A DNA stretch of 38,817 nt from a virus (lineage: Duplodnaviria; Caudoviricetes), in the IMG/VR virus record IMGVR_UViG_3300029319_000153, positions 1 through 38,817 of that record; one strand, written 5' to 3'. Below are positions 25,981 to 33,492 of this stretch, piece by piece. Position numbers and translations under genes: made by a program. Numbering within the stretch: the first letter of the stretch is position 1; the number at the start of each line of letters is the position of its first letter. Under the pieces are notes generated by a model. That model was not told the DNA's origin, made no database searches, and saw nothing but the letters and a program-made list of their open reading frames with translations.

Positions 25981-26640
25981 ATGAAATACAATGACTATTC
26001 GCCAAAAGTAAGGAAGTATCTTACGTGGTCTTTAGAATACGCTATTATGCGTAGAATTAGCGACATGTTTAAGAAGCATCAAAAGGTGCCAACTCACATG
26101 GTTATGGCTGGCAACGTTATGAAAGCTAGTCCTAATGCAATCAATGACTTCAAAGAAACGGGTGAAGAAGCACTTAAGATGCTGCCTAAAGTCGTTAGAG
26201 ATGGACTCAATTTTGATGATGCCTGGCAAAGTGTACCTGTGCCAATTGTTACGCCATTGCCACATGTAGATGATGACAAAAAAATGTATAGTTTCATGGA
26301 ATATGCACTTAATCAGTCAGAATCGTTGATGTACATATACATCACAGAAGCCATTGGTGCACCAGAAAGCGTGTTAAATCAAAACGAAAAGCTTTTTGCG
26401 TCAAAGCCTAGTGATGCACACCCTGACAACATTAGCAACTATGTTGTCTTGAGTATAATGGCTAACAAACTAAAGCCTAAATTAGTTGCAGCTAAAGTTA
26501 CACGAAACATAATCAATCGTGAAGGTGAATATGGTCGCAAGCTTGGAAGTTGGAAGCAACACCACAATGCAAAACTATTCACATCAAACTTGCCAACAAC
26601 ACAACACTTACAACCAGACTGGAGGAACAATGTCAGGTAA
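25981..26640 (+). CDS. Hypothetical protein (219 aa)
   Basis: GGGGGA RBS; in operon. Confidence 0.85.
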   Translation: MKYNDYSPKVRKYLTWSLEYAIMRRISDMFKKHQKVPTHMVMAGNVMKASPNAINDFKETGEEALKMLPKVVRDGLNFDDAWQSVPVPIVTPLPHVDDDKKMYSFMEYALNQSESLMYIYITEAIGAPESVLNQNEKLFASKPSDAHPDNISNYVVLSIMANKLKPKLVAAKVTRNIINREGEYGRKLGSWKQHHNAKLFTSNLPTTQHLQPDWRNNVR

Positions 26641-27091
26641 AGCTAAATACTGTGAAGAATGTAAAGGCTATGGTGGTCTTTATGTTCAAGTAATCAAAAG
26701 ATATGGTGATGATCGGATCAAAGAAAGACACCCCGACAAACCAGCAAAAGAACCATGCGAACCTTGTAAAGGTACAGGTATGCTGTCTGTGACTACAGAC
26801 AAAGTGCCAGTCTTTGACGTAGACGAAAGAGCTACTGCAAAGATGCGAACTGAAAACAATGAAGTGCAGAGTGGGGAAATACACTACTCACCAGAAGAAG
26901 ATCCTGGTGCTGACGTAGACGTACCATCTGAAGCACCCGAACCAACAGAAGCTGATCTTGAGAACGAAATGGAAGAAATCCTAGCAGATCAGCAGGCAAC
27001 AGAAGATGAAATGGTTGGGGAAGTAGTTGACGAAGACGATCCAGTTGTCTTTGAAGAAACTAGGATTGAAGACGAGGAGATGCCACTATGA
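26630..27091 (+). CDS. DnaJ-type zinc-ribbon protein with long acidic tail (153 aa, start reassigned)
   Basis: GGAGGA RBS; CEECKGYG and CEPCKGTG (CxxCxGxG twice); Glu/Asp-rich C half. Confidence 0.75.
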   Translation: MSGKAKYCEECKGYGGLYVQVIKRYGDDRIKERHPDKPAKEPCEPCKGTGMLSVTTDKVPVFDVDERATAKMRTENNEVQSGEIHYSPEEDPGADVDVPSEAPEPTEADLENEMEEILADQQATEDEMVGEVVDEDDPVVFEETRIEDEEMPL

Positions 27092-27555
27092 TGAACGAAG
27101 AATTTATTAGTGAAATCTTGTGGTACAAATCTCTAGCTAAGCAAGCAACAGCTAAAGCAAAGCAAATGGAGATTGAATTACGCAAAGAGTTCAGTGAAAT
27201 TGGGCTAGACGCTACAGAAGTAGGCCCATACAAACTAACACTCAGTCATCAGTCAGTTGACTGGGATCCTGATATCATAGATACTATCAAAACAATCAAT
27301 GGTGTCAGTGATGGTGACAAAGATAAATTGTTCATGCCAATTAAACGTAAAGCTAATGGCGTTCATCTCAACTCTATTGCCAAAAAGTATGGCAGAACAG
27401 TTGCAGAAAGAATAGACATGGCTAGAAAAGAAACTGGCGAAACGTTCAAGATATCAACTGACAGAACAGAAAACAATCTCATCGATATTGCTGCTGCTGA
27501 ATTTTTACAGCAAGCAGACGATGAAGAACAACAAGAACAGGGGGACAATCTATGA
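27088..27555 (+). CDS. Hypothetical recombination-module protein with N-terminal coiled coil (155 aa)
   Basis: GAGGAG RBS; directly upstream of the annealase gene. Confidence 0.75.
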   Translation: MMNEEFISEILWYKSLAKQATAKAKQMEIELRKEFSEIGLDATEVGPYKLTLSHQSVDWDPDIIDTIKTINGVSDGDKDKLFMPIKRKANGVHLNSIAKKYGRTVAERIDMARKETGETFKISTDRTENNLIDIAAAEFLQQADDEEQQEQGDNL

Positions 27556-28553
27556 GCAACATAGACAAATATGACGACTTAAAAGCAATCGCAAAAGACT
27601 TTCATGCGTCTGGCTTTTTTGCGTCAATCAAAAATCCACAACAAGCGTTGGTAACAATCATGGCTGGACGTGAGCTAGGCATGGGGCCATTCGAGGCAAT
27701 GAGTAACATCTATGTCATACAAGGCAGACCAGCGTATTACGCACATAAATATGGCGATATGATCAAGAGATCAGGTAAATATGATTTCAAGGTCTTAACT
27801 CTCACAGACACAGAGTGTGTTATTCAATTTTCACAAGATGGGAAAATCATTGGGAAATCAGAATTTACGATGCAAGACGCTAAAAAAGCAGGGCTTGGGG
27901 GTACAAGCTGGACTAAGTATCCACGTAACATGTTGTACTCTAGAGCAATCAGCAATGGTGCTAAGTGGTACTGCCCTGATGCTTTTAATGGTGCTGCGTA
28001 CACACCTGAAGAACTTGGTGCTGAAGTTGAGGTAGACGAACATGGCACAGAAACAGTGATATCTATACCTAGGGAAGATGTCGTAGTTCAAGATGCACCG
28101 ACTCCTAATGATACGGAGCAAAGGGCAGAAACAAGTTCATCTTCCCCACAAACTGCTGAAGATAAACAGGAAGAACGTCCTGAAGGGGGCATACAGCTAG
28201 AGATTGACGAAACATTGTCACGACCTGGCGTTACTGTTACGAAAGCAGCTGACTTTGAGATAGGTCAGTTCTCAGAAAGAGCATCACAAAAAGGTGATCC
28301 AATGGGTTCAATATCTATCATAAGTGCATACACACTACCAGCTGGCGTAACTCAATACTGGGATGAATTTACTGTGAGTCCTTTTACCATGCAAGATAAA
28401 TTGGACATGTACAGGGGACTTGAGCCTGGCGATAAGATAACTGCAAAGCTTATCTTTGAGAGCAAAGGTCCCAAGCAAAATTACCAGAACATAGACGTGG
28501 TAATGAAGCACCCATCTGATGACAATAAGTCAGAAGATGAGATGCCTTGGTAG
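27552..28553 (+). CDS. RecT/Red-beta-like single-strand annealing protein with extra C-terminal domain (333 aa)
   Basis: GRELGMGP..AMSNIYVIQGRP, WTKYPRNML..RA, PD...G..YTPEE motifs; acidic tail SEDEMPW. Confidence 0.8.
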   Translation: MSNIDKYDDLKAIAKDFHASGFFASIKNPQQALVTIMAGRELGMGPFEAMSNIYVIQGRPAYYAHKYGDMIKRSGKYDFKVLTLTDTECVIQFSQDGKIIGKSEFTMQDAKKAGLGGTSWTKYPRNMLYSRAISNGAKWYCPDAFNGAAYTPEELGAEVEVDEHGTETVISIPREDVVVQDAPTPNDTEQRAETSSSSPQTAEDKQEERPEGGIQLEIDETLSRPGVTVTKAADFEIGQFSERASQKGDPMGSISIISAYTLPAGVTQYWDEFTVSPFTMQDKLDMYRGLEPGDKITAKLIFESKGPKQNYQNIDVVMKHPSDDNKSEDEMPW

Positions 28554-28562
28554 TCCGTATCT

Positions 28563-28663
28563 GTTCTACTGCATGTTCACGTGGGGTGCCGTGCAGTAGA
28601 ACTAGAACTATTAGAACTTATACAAATAGAACTAGAACAAAGGAACAATATGAACTATAGAAC
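28563..28663 (+). repeat. Hairpin plus six TAGAAC direct repeats
   Basis: Stem 28563-75/28590-602; TAGAAC at 28597, 28603, 28612, 28627, 28633 and 28658. Confidence 0.75.
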
Positions 28664-28859
28664 TAAACTATACAAATCCATATACGAAGAAGTTTGCGAT
28701 GAAGCTGACGCCATTGACTGGGGTGATGCAACATACGGCGACAAAGTAGCATGGATTTCACAAGAAACAAGACGCAGACATGAACAGCGTTACAACAGAC
28801 CAGATACTCCAGACATAGATTCAATCCAACTCAACAACTTTGAGAACAGGAGAGCATGA
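28650..28859 (+). CDS. Hypothetical protein (69 aa, start reassigned)
   Basis: AAAGGAAC RBS then MNYRTKLY... Confidence 0.7.
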   Translation: MNYRTKLYKSIYEEVCDEADAIDWGDATYGDKVAWISQETRRRHEQRYNRPDTPDIDSIQLNNFENRRA

Positions 28860-29053
28860 TGAGTGAAGTTACACGAGAAGATAAGTACACAGTAATACTT
28901 GAATGGTGGGAGGAAGGTTGGAAAGGTGGAGATTTTGGCGACATCATGGATGAGTTGACAGGCTTACACATGGGAGAAAAACCATTGTGGCGATACAATG
29001 ACGATGAACTAGATGCAGTTTATAAACAAGCACTAGGGGAGCTATTAGAATGA
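28856..29053 (+). CDS. Small acidic hypothetical protein (65 aa)
   Basis: AGGAG RBS; ATGA overlaps. Confidence 0.75.
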   Translation: MMSEVTREDKYTVILEWWEEGWKGGDFGDIMDELTGLHMGEKPLWRYNDDELDAVYKQALGELLE

Positions 29054-29931
29054 GTGATTTCAAACCACTGTTTGACAAAGCTGATCCACGTAAACACCCT
29101 AACAGGGATTTCTCTCAGCCAGTGTTGCCTGACAGAACAAGAAAGCAAGACCAATTTATAAAAGACGATAGCATCAGGATACGTGATAAATTTCCTGGTC
29201 ATCGTATGCCACTATCATCTCCATGTTTTTGCGATGGTATGCTGTGGGTAATGCCCACAATAGATGGCAAGGTCTTTGGTGTAGGGCACCCTGACTTCGG
29301 TAAAGCCATAGCTTGCAGCTGTTACGCAGCAGAAAGCCAAGGCAAGAAACGTCAGTATCTCTGGTCTATGTCTGGTCTTAATCAAACTGATAACATACCA
29401 AAACTATCAGATTACAAAGAAAGCTTGTCGCAAGACGCTGGACACGCTAAGAACAGTGTGATTGAGTGGATTGAAGACAAAACAAACCCATGGCTAATAC
29501 TTGTAGGGCCACCTGGTCTTGGCAAGACACACTTGTCAAAAGCAGCAACTGCCAATTTAATCGGGCTTGGAAAGCCTGTTATGTTTGCAACAGTAAGAGA
29601 TGTGCTCAACAAGAGTCGTAGCTGGATTACGAGTAAGCAAAGCGATAAATGGGTTGAATATCTTGCAAGTTTAGAGAATATCCAGTATCTTGTGTTAGAT
29701 GACTTAGGACAAGAATACTCCACCGACTGGAGTAGACAAGTCTTGTTCGACATTATTGACACACGATATGAAAGCAAAAGACCCACACTTATCACAACAA
29801 ACATTCAATCATCTGAATGGAATGACTATCTTGGCAAAGCATGTGCTGACAGATTGCAGGACTATAATCTTAGCCTTCAAGTAGTTATGCGTGGTAAGAG
29901 TGTACGTCAAAAGCTAAACAGAGATGGATAG
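29050..29931 (+). CDS. DnaC/IstB-like ATPase, helicase loader (293 aa)
   Basis: N-terminal CFCDG..CSC; Walker A GPPGLGKTHL; Walker B LVLDDLG; IIDTRY..PTLITTN; DRL. Confidence 0.9.
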   Translation: MSDFKPLFDKADPRKHPNRDFSQPVLPDRTRKQDQFIKDDSIRIRDKFPGHRMPLSSPCFCDGMLWVMPTIDGKVFGVGHPDFGKAIACSCYAAESQGKKRQYLWSMSGLNQTDNIPKLSDYKESLSQDAGHAKNSVIEWIEDKTNPWLILVGPPGLGKTHLSKAATANLIGLGKPVMFATVRDVLNKSRSWITSKQSDKWVEYLASLENIQYLVLDDLGQEYSTDWSRQVLFDIIDTRYESKRPTLITTNIQSSEWNDYLGKACADRLQDYNLSLQVVMRGKSVRQKLNRDG

Positions 29932-30307
29932 ATCAACTTGGAAAAAATGGGAACGCAAGGTTGCTGAATGGTTTGGTGGCGATAAGGTTAATGCAAAAAG
30001 AATACCTGTTACAGGTAGAAACTCAGGCGATGTGCCTGACGTTGAAACAATCAAGTTTGCAATTGAAGTTAAAGCTGGCAAAGTAGTTAGTTCAAGGACG
30101 CTAAAGGCTGTAGAACAAGCTAAAAAAGCTGGGGCAACAACAAGAAAAATACCTGTTGTTGTACAAGTACACAAGCTTAACAATAGTAAAGCTATACCAT
30201 TAGTTACCCTTGACCTTGCTACGTTCCTAAAAATTACAGAACCAATACGCAAAGAAGAAAAGCGTATAAAATTAAGTTTGGACAACTCTAAAGGGTTGAG
30301 TATTTAA
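29924..30307 (+). CDS. Hjc-like PD-(D/E)XK Holliday junction resolvase (127 aa)
   Basis: WERKVA, PDV, IEVK motifs; last gene of the replication arm. Confidence 0.8.
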   Translation: MDRSTWKKWERKVAEWFGGDKVNAKRIPVTGRNSGDVPDVETIKFAIEVKAGKVVSSRTLKAVEQAKKAGATTRKIPVVVQVHKLNNSKAIPLVTLDLATFLKITEPIRKEEKRIKLSLDNSKGLSI

Positions 30308-30413
30308 CATTCCAAAAAGCATAAAATAAAACTGTCCTACAACAGTTGCGAAGCATTCCAAAAAGATTTACAATGGGAATGTTCATATTTGATCCCTTAG
30401 ATCAAAGTTATAT

Positions 30414-30471
30414 AAGGGGCACACGATAAACGTTTTTCCTCCAAGAAAAATAATTGTGTGTCCCTTTTTTT
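30414..30471 (+). terminator. Terminator at the convergence of the two arms
   Basis: AAGGGGCACACGAT/ATTGTGTGTCCCTT (14 bp, two G-U), inner TTTTTC/GAAAAA stem, then a T run. Confidence 0.7.
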
Positions 30472-30625
30472 ATATCCTGAAATCAAATTGGTAAAAACTC
30501 TTACGATCCCTACTCCCCTCACCACAATCAGGGCACAGCTCTACGCTATCTCCATATCCTGTTATAACCTCAAAAGTATCTGTATCGCAGTCAGGGTTAT
30601 TGCACAAAAATTCATACAATGGCAT
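30470..30625 (-). CDS. FmdB-family zinc-ribbon protein (51 aa, not in ORF track)
   Basis: MPLYEFLCNNPDC..FE..CPDCG; TAATG-coupled to the upstream gene. Confidence 0.8.
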   Translation of the reverse strand: MPLYEFLCNNPDCDTDTFEVITGYGDSVELCPDCGEGSRDRKSFYQFDFRI

Positions 30626-31719
30626 TAGTCTGGTTTCCTTGCTACTTCTCCCATAAGCACTTCAACGTTACCATTTACTGCCCAATTAGCTGACGCAACT
30701 GTACTAGATACTGTCAACGCCTTAGTAACCAAGCTATTATCTCCACCCACCCTGTTAAAAGTTATCTCTATTTCACCCACGTCCAATTTCTTCAAATCGC
30801 ATGATCCACCACTAGAAACTATGTTAATAAGGTTTAGTTCGTTTACGTATGTCGAAGAAGAAGTCATAGAGTCTAGTGGTGAAATGTGTATTCGATCATA
30901 CAACCCACCTTCTGTCTGTAATAGGTCTGACATATAGTAACCACCCGAAACTCGCAAGTTTGGTATCGTAGAAGACGCTGTTTGGTACACAGAAAGCCCA
31001 TCGGCCTGATTATCTCTTATCGTAATCTTGTTTGCGTTAATATTCTCTAAGTTTAAAGTCTTGCAACTATTCCTGCTAAATATAAGCTTGCCTATCTCTA
31101 TCCTAGTATTATTACCATCAATCAATATAGCTTCAGTTTTACCTTCGGGTAACGCCGAAGCCTGGCCATTAGATGCGTAGGACGTACCTACGTTTACATC
31201 TGATATAGTAATTGTTTCAACTGGGGTATCGTTCAATAAAACTCTTAACGTATTAGTTGTAACTTCATTTTTAAACTGTTCTTCTAGTTCAGAGTTAGGT
31301 ATTTCAGATGGAGCTAGGTATACTCCTGCGTCACGATTGCTAAAAGATCTCTCAGCTAATATAGTTTCATTTACAACTACACCAGTACCTACAGTAGAAC
31401 CTACAGCTAAGAAGCTCATAGCCATCTGTGGACTAAAGCCCAGCTTCAGAAGAAAGCTGTACGGGCTTGATACAACCTGAAAAAATCTGTGCCACTTCTT
31501 ACTTTCTTGATCAAGATAATCAATCTTTGCAAATATATAATCACGTATTATGACACCTTTTTTATAGGCCTGGATAGATAGCAGCAGCGGAGATTTAACA
31601 ACGAGAACAATCATTCTTTTAAATGCACGTAATATTTCATACGCAAAGTTAGCTGCGCCTTTAACTACTGCAAAGGGGATTCCTAGTATTTTTTTAATTA
31701 TTCTTATTATTTTTTTCAT
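30625..31719 (-). CDS. Membrane-associated protein with beta-rich C-terminal domain (364 aa, start reassigned)
   Basis: GGAGAAG RBS; basic amphipathic N-terminal helices; hydrophobic MAMSFLAVGSTVGTGVVV segment; Asn/Ser/Ile-rich beta-solenoid-like remainder. Confidence 0.7.
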   Translation of the reverse strand: MKKIIRIIKKILGIPFAVVKGAANFAYEILRAFKRMIVLVVKSPLLLSIQAYKKGVIIRDYIFAKIDYLDQESKKWHRFFQVVSSPYSFLLKLGFSPQMAMSFLAVGSTVGTGVVVNETILAERSFSNRDAGVYLAPSEIPNSELEEQFKNEVTTNTLRVLLNDTPVETITISDVNVGTSYASNGQASALPEGKTEAILIDGNNTRIEIGKLIFSRNSCKTLNLENINANKITIRDNQADGLSVYQTASSTIPNLRVSGGYYMSDLLQTEGGLYDRIHISPLDSMTSSSTYVNELNLINIVSSGGSCDLKKLDVGEIEITFNRVGGDNSLVTKALTVSSTVASANWAVNGNVEVLMGEVARKPD

Positions 31720-31743
31720 TTTGAGTATACTTCTCCAATTACA

Positions 31744-31773
31744 ATTATACCCGCTAAACACAAACCAAGTAAA
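31744..31773 (-). promoter_or_regulatory. Sigma70-type promoter
   Basis: TTTACT (31773-68), 18-nt spacer, TATAAT (31749-44), in an intergenic gap. Confidence 0.6.
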
Positions 31774-31809
31774 ACGCCTGACGCTACAAGGCTTTTTTTA
31801 GCTTTGTTT

Positions 31810-31968
31810 TTATTCACTTTCCAGGACCTTCATGCCTAGAGCTATGATTCCCCCTACACAGCCAGTAGCTATCTCGTTGTATTCATTAACAATACCTATG
31901 CAAGATAGTATACCTAAGACAATGATTGCCAAAAATATTTGTGGTCTTAGTTTTCCCATAAACTTCAT
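31810..31968 (-). CDS. Holin-like two-TM peptide (52 aa, not in ORF track)
   Basis: MKFMGKLRPQIFLAIIVLGILSCIGIVNEYNEIATGCVGGIIALGMKVLESE; ATGA overlap; two hydrophobic segments. Confidence 0.6.
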   Translation of the reverse strand: MKFMGKLRPQIFLAIIVLGILSCIGIVNEYNEIATGCVGGIIALGMKVLESE

Positions 31969-32246
31969 TTCTTTTTCTTCTTCTTGTGTCTAGCTGCAAA
32001 GTTCCTGGCTGCTTCTTTGCTGCCAAATCCCCATGCTTTTAACGCTAGTTTTAATCTTGTTGGTCTGCCTTTCTTGTCTTTTAAAGGCCCTGCCATTCCA
32101 CCAAATCGTGCAGCAAAGCTTACACGTCTAGGACTTGTGCCTGACTTTAATGGCCTTTTAAGATTAGATCCTTCTGTACGCTTAAAGTATGCACGTCCTG
32201 CCGCATTTAACCCTCCTTTAGGGTTCTGATATTTCTTTTTAGGCAT
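31965..32246 (-). CDS. Very basic protein, DUF6321-like (93 aa)
   Basis: KGGLNAAGRAYF..GSNLK.P..R.SF.AR..M..RL..AL..W pattern (recalled family). Confidence 0.7.
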   Translation of the reverse strand: MPKKKYQNPKGGLNAAGRAYFKRTEGSNLKRPLKSGTSPRRVSFAARFGGMAGPLKDKKGRPTRLKLALKAWGFGSKEAARNFAARHKKKKKK

Positions 32247-32481
32247 TTCTTACCGCCTTTCTTACTTTTTTAGAATACTTAGCACGACTGCCTACACCAC
32301 CAGCTTTACGTTTTTTACGATTGCTTGCAGCTTTTTCTGATGCAGTCATTCTGTCACGTACAGATTTAGGTAAATACCTTCCACGTTTACGTTTAGGTTT
32401 CTTTTCATCACCCTTAGTAACGTAACCCCATTTCTGTTTTCCCCATTTAGTTAATGATCTTTGTGACTTAGCTTTGGCCAT
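32239..32481 (-). CDS. Very basic protein, DUF5872 C-half-like (80 aa, start reassigned)
   Basis: TAATG coupling; KSQRSLTKW..KW..RYLPK pattern (recalled family). Confidence 0.7.
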   Translation of the reverse strand: MAKAKSQRSLTKWGKQKWGYVTKGDEKKPKRKRGRYLPKSVRDRMTASEKAASNRKKRKAGGVGSRAKYSKKVRKAVRNA

Positions 32482-32684
32482 TATCTGTAGCCTCCACCAG
32501 CTTTCTTGTATGCACGTGCAAGCATCTGTGCTTTTCGTGCAGACCATTTGCCGGCAGCTCCACCTTTACTTCCTGCTTTAATACGCTGAAATATACGTTT
32601 TCTCATAGCAGGTTTAGTGTAGTTACCAGCTTCATTAACCCGTGACTTAGTTTTCTTTTTAGTTGTTTTTTTTCTACTTGCCAT
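32481..32684 (-). CDS. Very basic protein, DUF5872 N-half-like (67 aa)
   Basis: YTKP.MR...IKAG.KGG..G.WSARKAQML...YKKAGGGY pattern (recalled family). Confidence 0.7.
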   Translation of the reverse strand: MASRKKTTKKKTKSRVNEAGNYTKPAMRKRIFQRIKAGSKGGAAGKWSARKAQMLARAYKKAGGGYR

Positions 32685-32895
32685 TACCTTTTAATATTCC
32701 TAGCCCATTTTTACCTGCAAGTGTTAACCACTCTTGTGGTGTTACTTTGCCGTCTTCAAGTATATCTGCAAATAGTTTGCCTATTCTTTCTAGTTCTTTT
32801 TTCTCATCTACGTTTTTAAGTGTAGCCAAAAAAAACTTAACAATATTCTTGTATGGTTGTGGCATTAAAGGTAGTAGTGATGTAAATAGTTTCAT
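32674..32895 (-). CDS. Small amphipathic hypothetical protein (73 aa)
   Basis: AGGAGG RBS. Confidence 0.8.
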   Translation of the reverse strand: MKLFTSLLPLMPQPYKNIVKFFLATLKNVDEKKELERIGKLFADILEDGKVTPQEWLTLAGKNGLGILKGNGK

Positions 32896-32908
32896 AGTTC
32901 CTCCTGAT

Positions 32909-33121
32909 TTACTCTACTTTCTTTTCTTCTTTTTGCCCGAAGACTTTTTTATCTTTATCTTCGGTTTTTTGTACTTGTACGGTTTTCCCATTGGCATGGT
33001 TAGCTCCTTCTTGTATCTGTCTGTTTAAGTCTAGAACAAGTAGTTCTAGCTCTGCTATTCTTTGATTCCGACCTTGTATCAAAGTTAATAAATCTGCTTT
33101 AGTTTGTTCTTCTGATGGCAT
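32909..33121 (-). CDS. Small coiled-coil protein (70 aa)
   Basis: GGAGGAG RBS; TAATG coupling. Confidence 0.7.
   Translation of the reverse strand: MPSEEQTKADLLTLIQGRNQRIAELELLVLDLNRQIQEGANHANGKTVQVQKTEDKDKKVFGQKEEKKVE
32914..32997 (-). CDS. Nested 27-aa Lys-rich peptide MPMGKPYKYKKPKIKIKKSSGKKKKRK
   Basis: AAGGAG RBS 6 nt before the ATG; alternative frame inside the 70-aa gene. Confidence 0.55.
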   Translation of the reverse strand: MPMGKPYKYKKPKIKIKKSSGKKKKRK

Positions 33122-33492
33122 TACTCCTCCTGATCTGCATCATAATCTTCTTGAGTTAAGTATACTTTAAGGTCTGCTGGCTCGCTACTTCCGTCTTGAT
33201 CCCTAAATCTTTTTCGATGTGCATTTATGTTATTTAGTATTGCTGTGTCTATTGACCAACCATCTGTATCATGATACTTCATTACATTTCCATACCAAGT
33301 ATGAACCGCAGTTACATCATTTATAACCTCATGAGTTGAAGTATTAATATCTCCAACAGTAAGTTTTTTTGCACCATTATTTATAGTTATATTTGCTTGA
33401 GTGCTTGTAAGGTTGATGTTTTCTATGTCAACAAGATTAGTAAAATAATATACTACTGTGTTGTCACTTTTTCTTCTAATTATACTAGCCAT
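33121..33492 (-). CDS. Hypothetical tail-associated protein, possible fibre chaperone (123 aa)
   Basis: Directly downstream of the fibre and receptor-binding genes; TAATG coupling. Confidence 0.6.
   Translation of the reverse strand: MASIIRRKSDNTVVYYFTNLVDIENINLTSTQANITINNGAKKLTVGDINTSTHEVINDVTAVHTWYGNVMKYHDTDGWSIDTAILNNINAHRKRFRDQDGSSEPADLKVYLTQEDYDADQEE

Noticed and set aside
28597-28663. CRISPR array
   Set aside because: Repeats are 6 bp with irregular short spacing; no cas genes.
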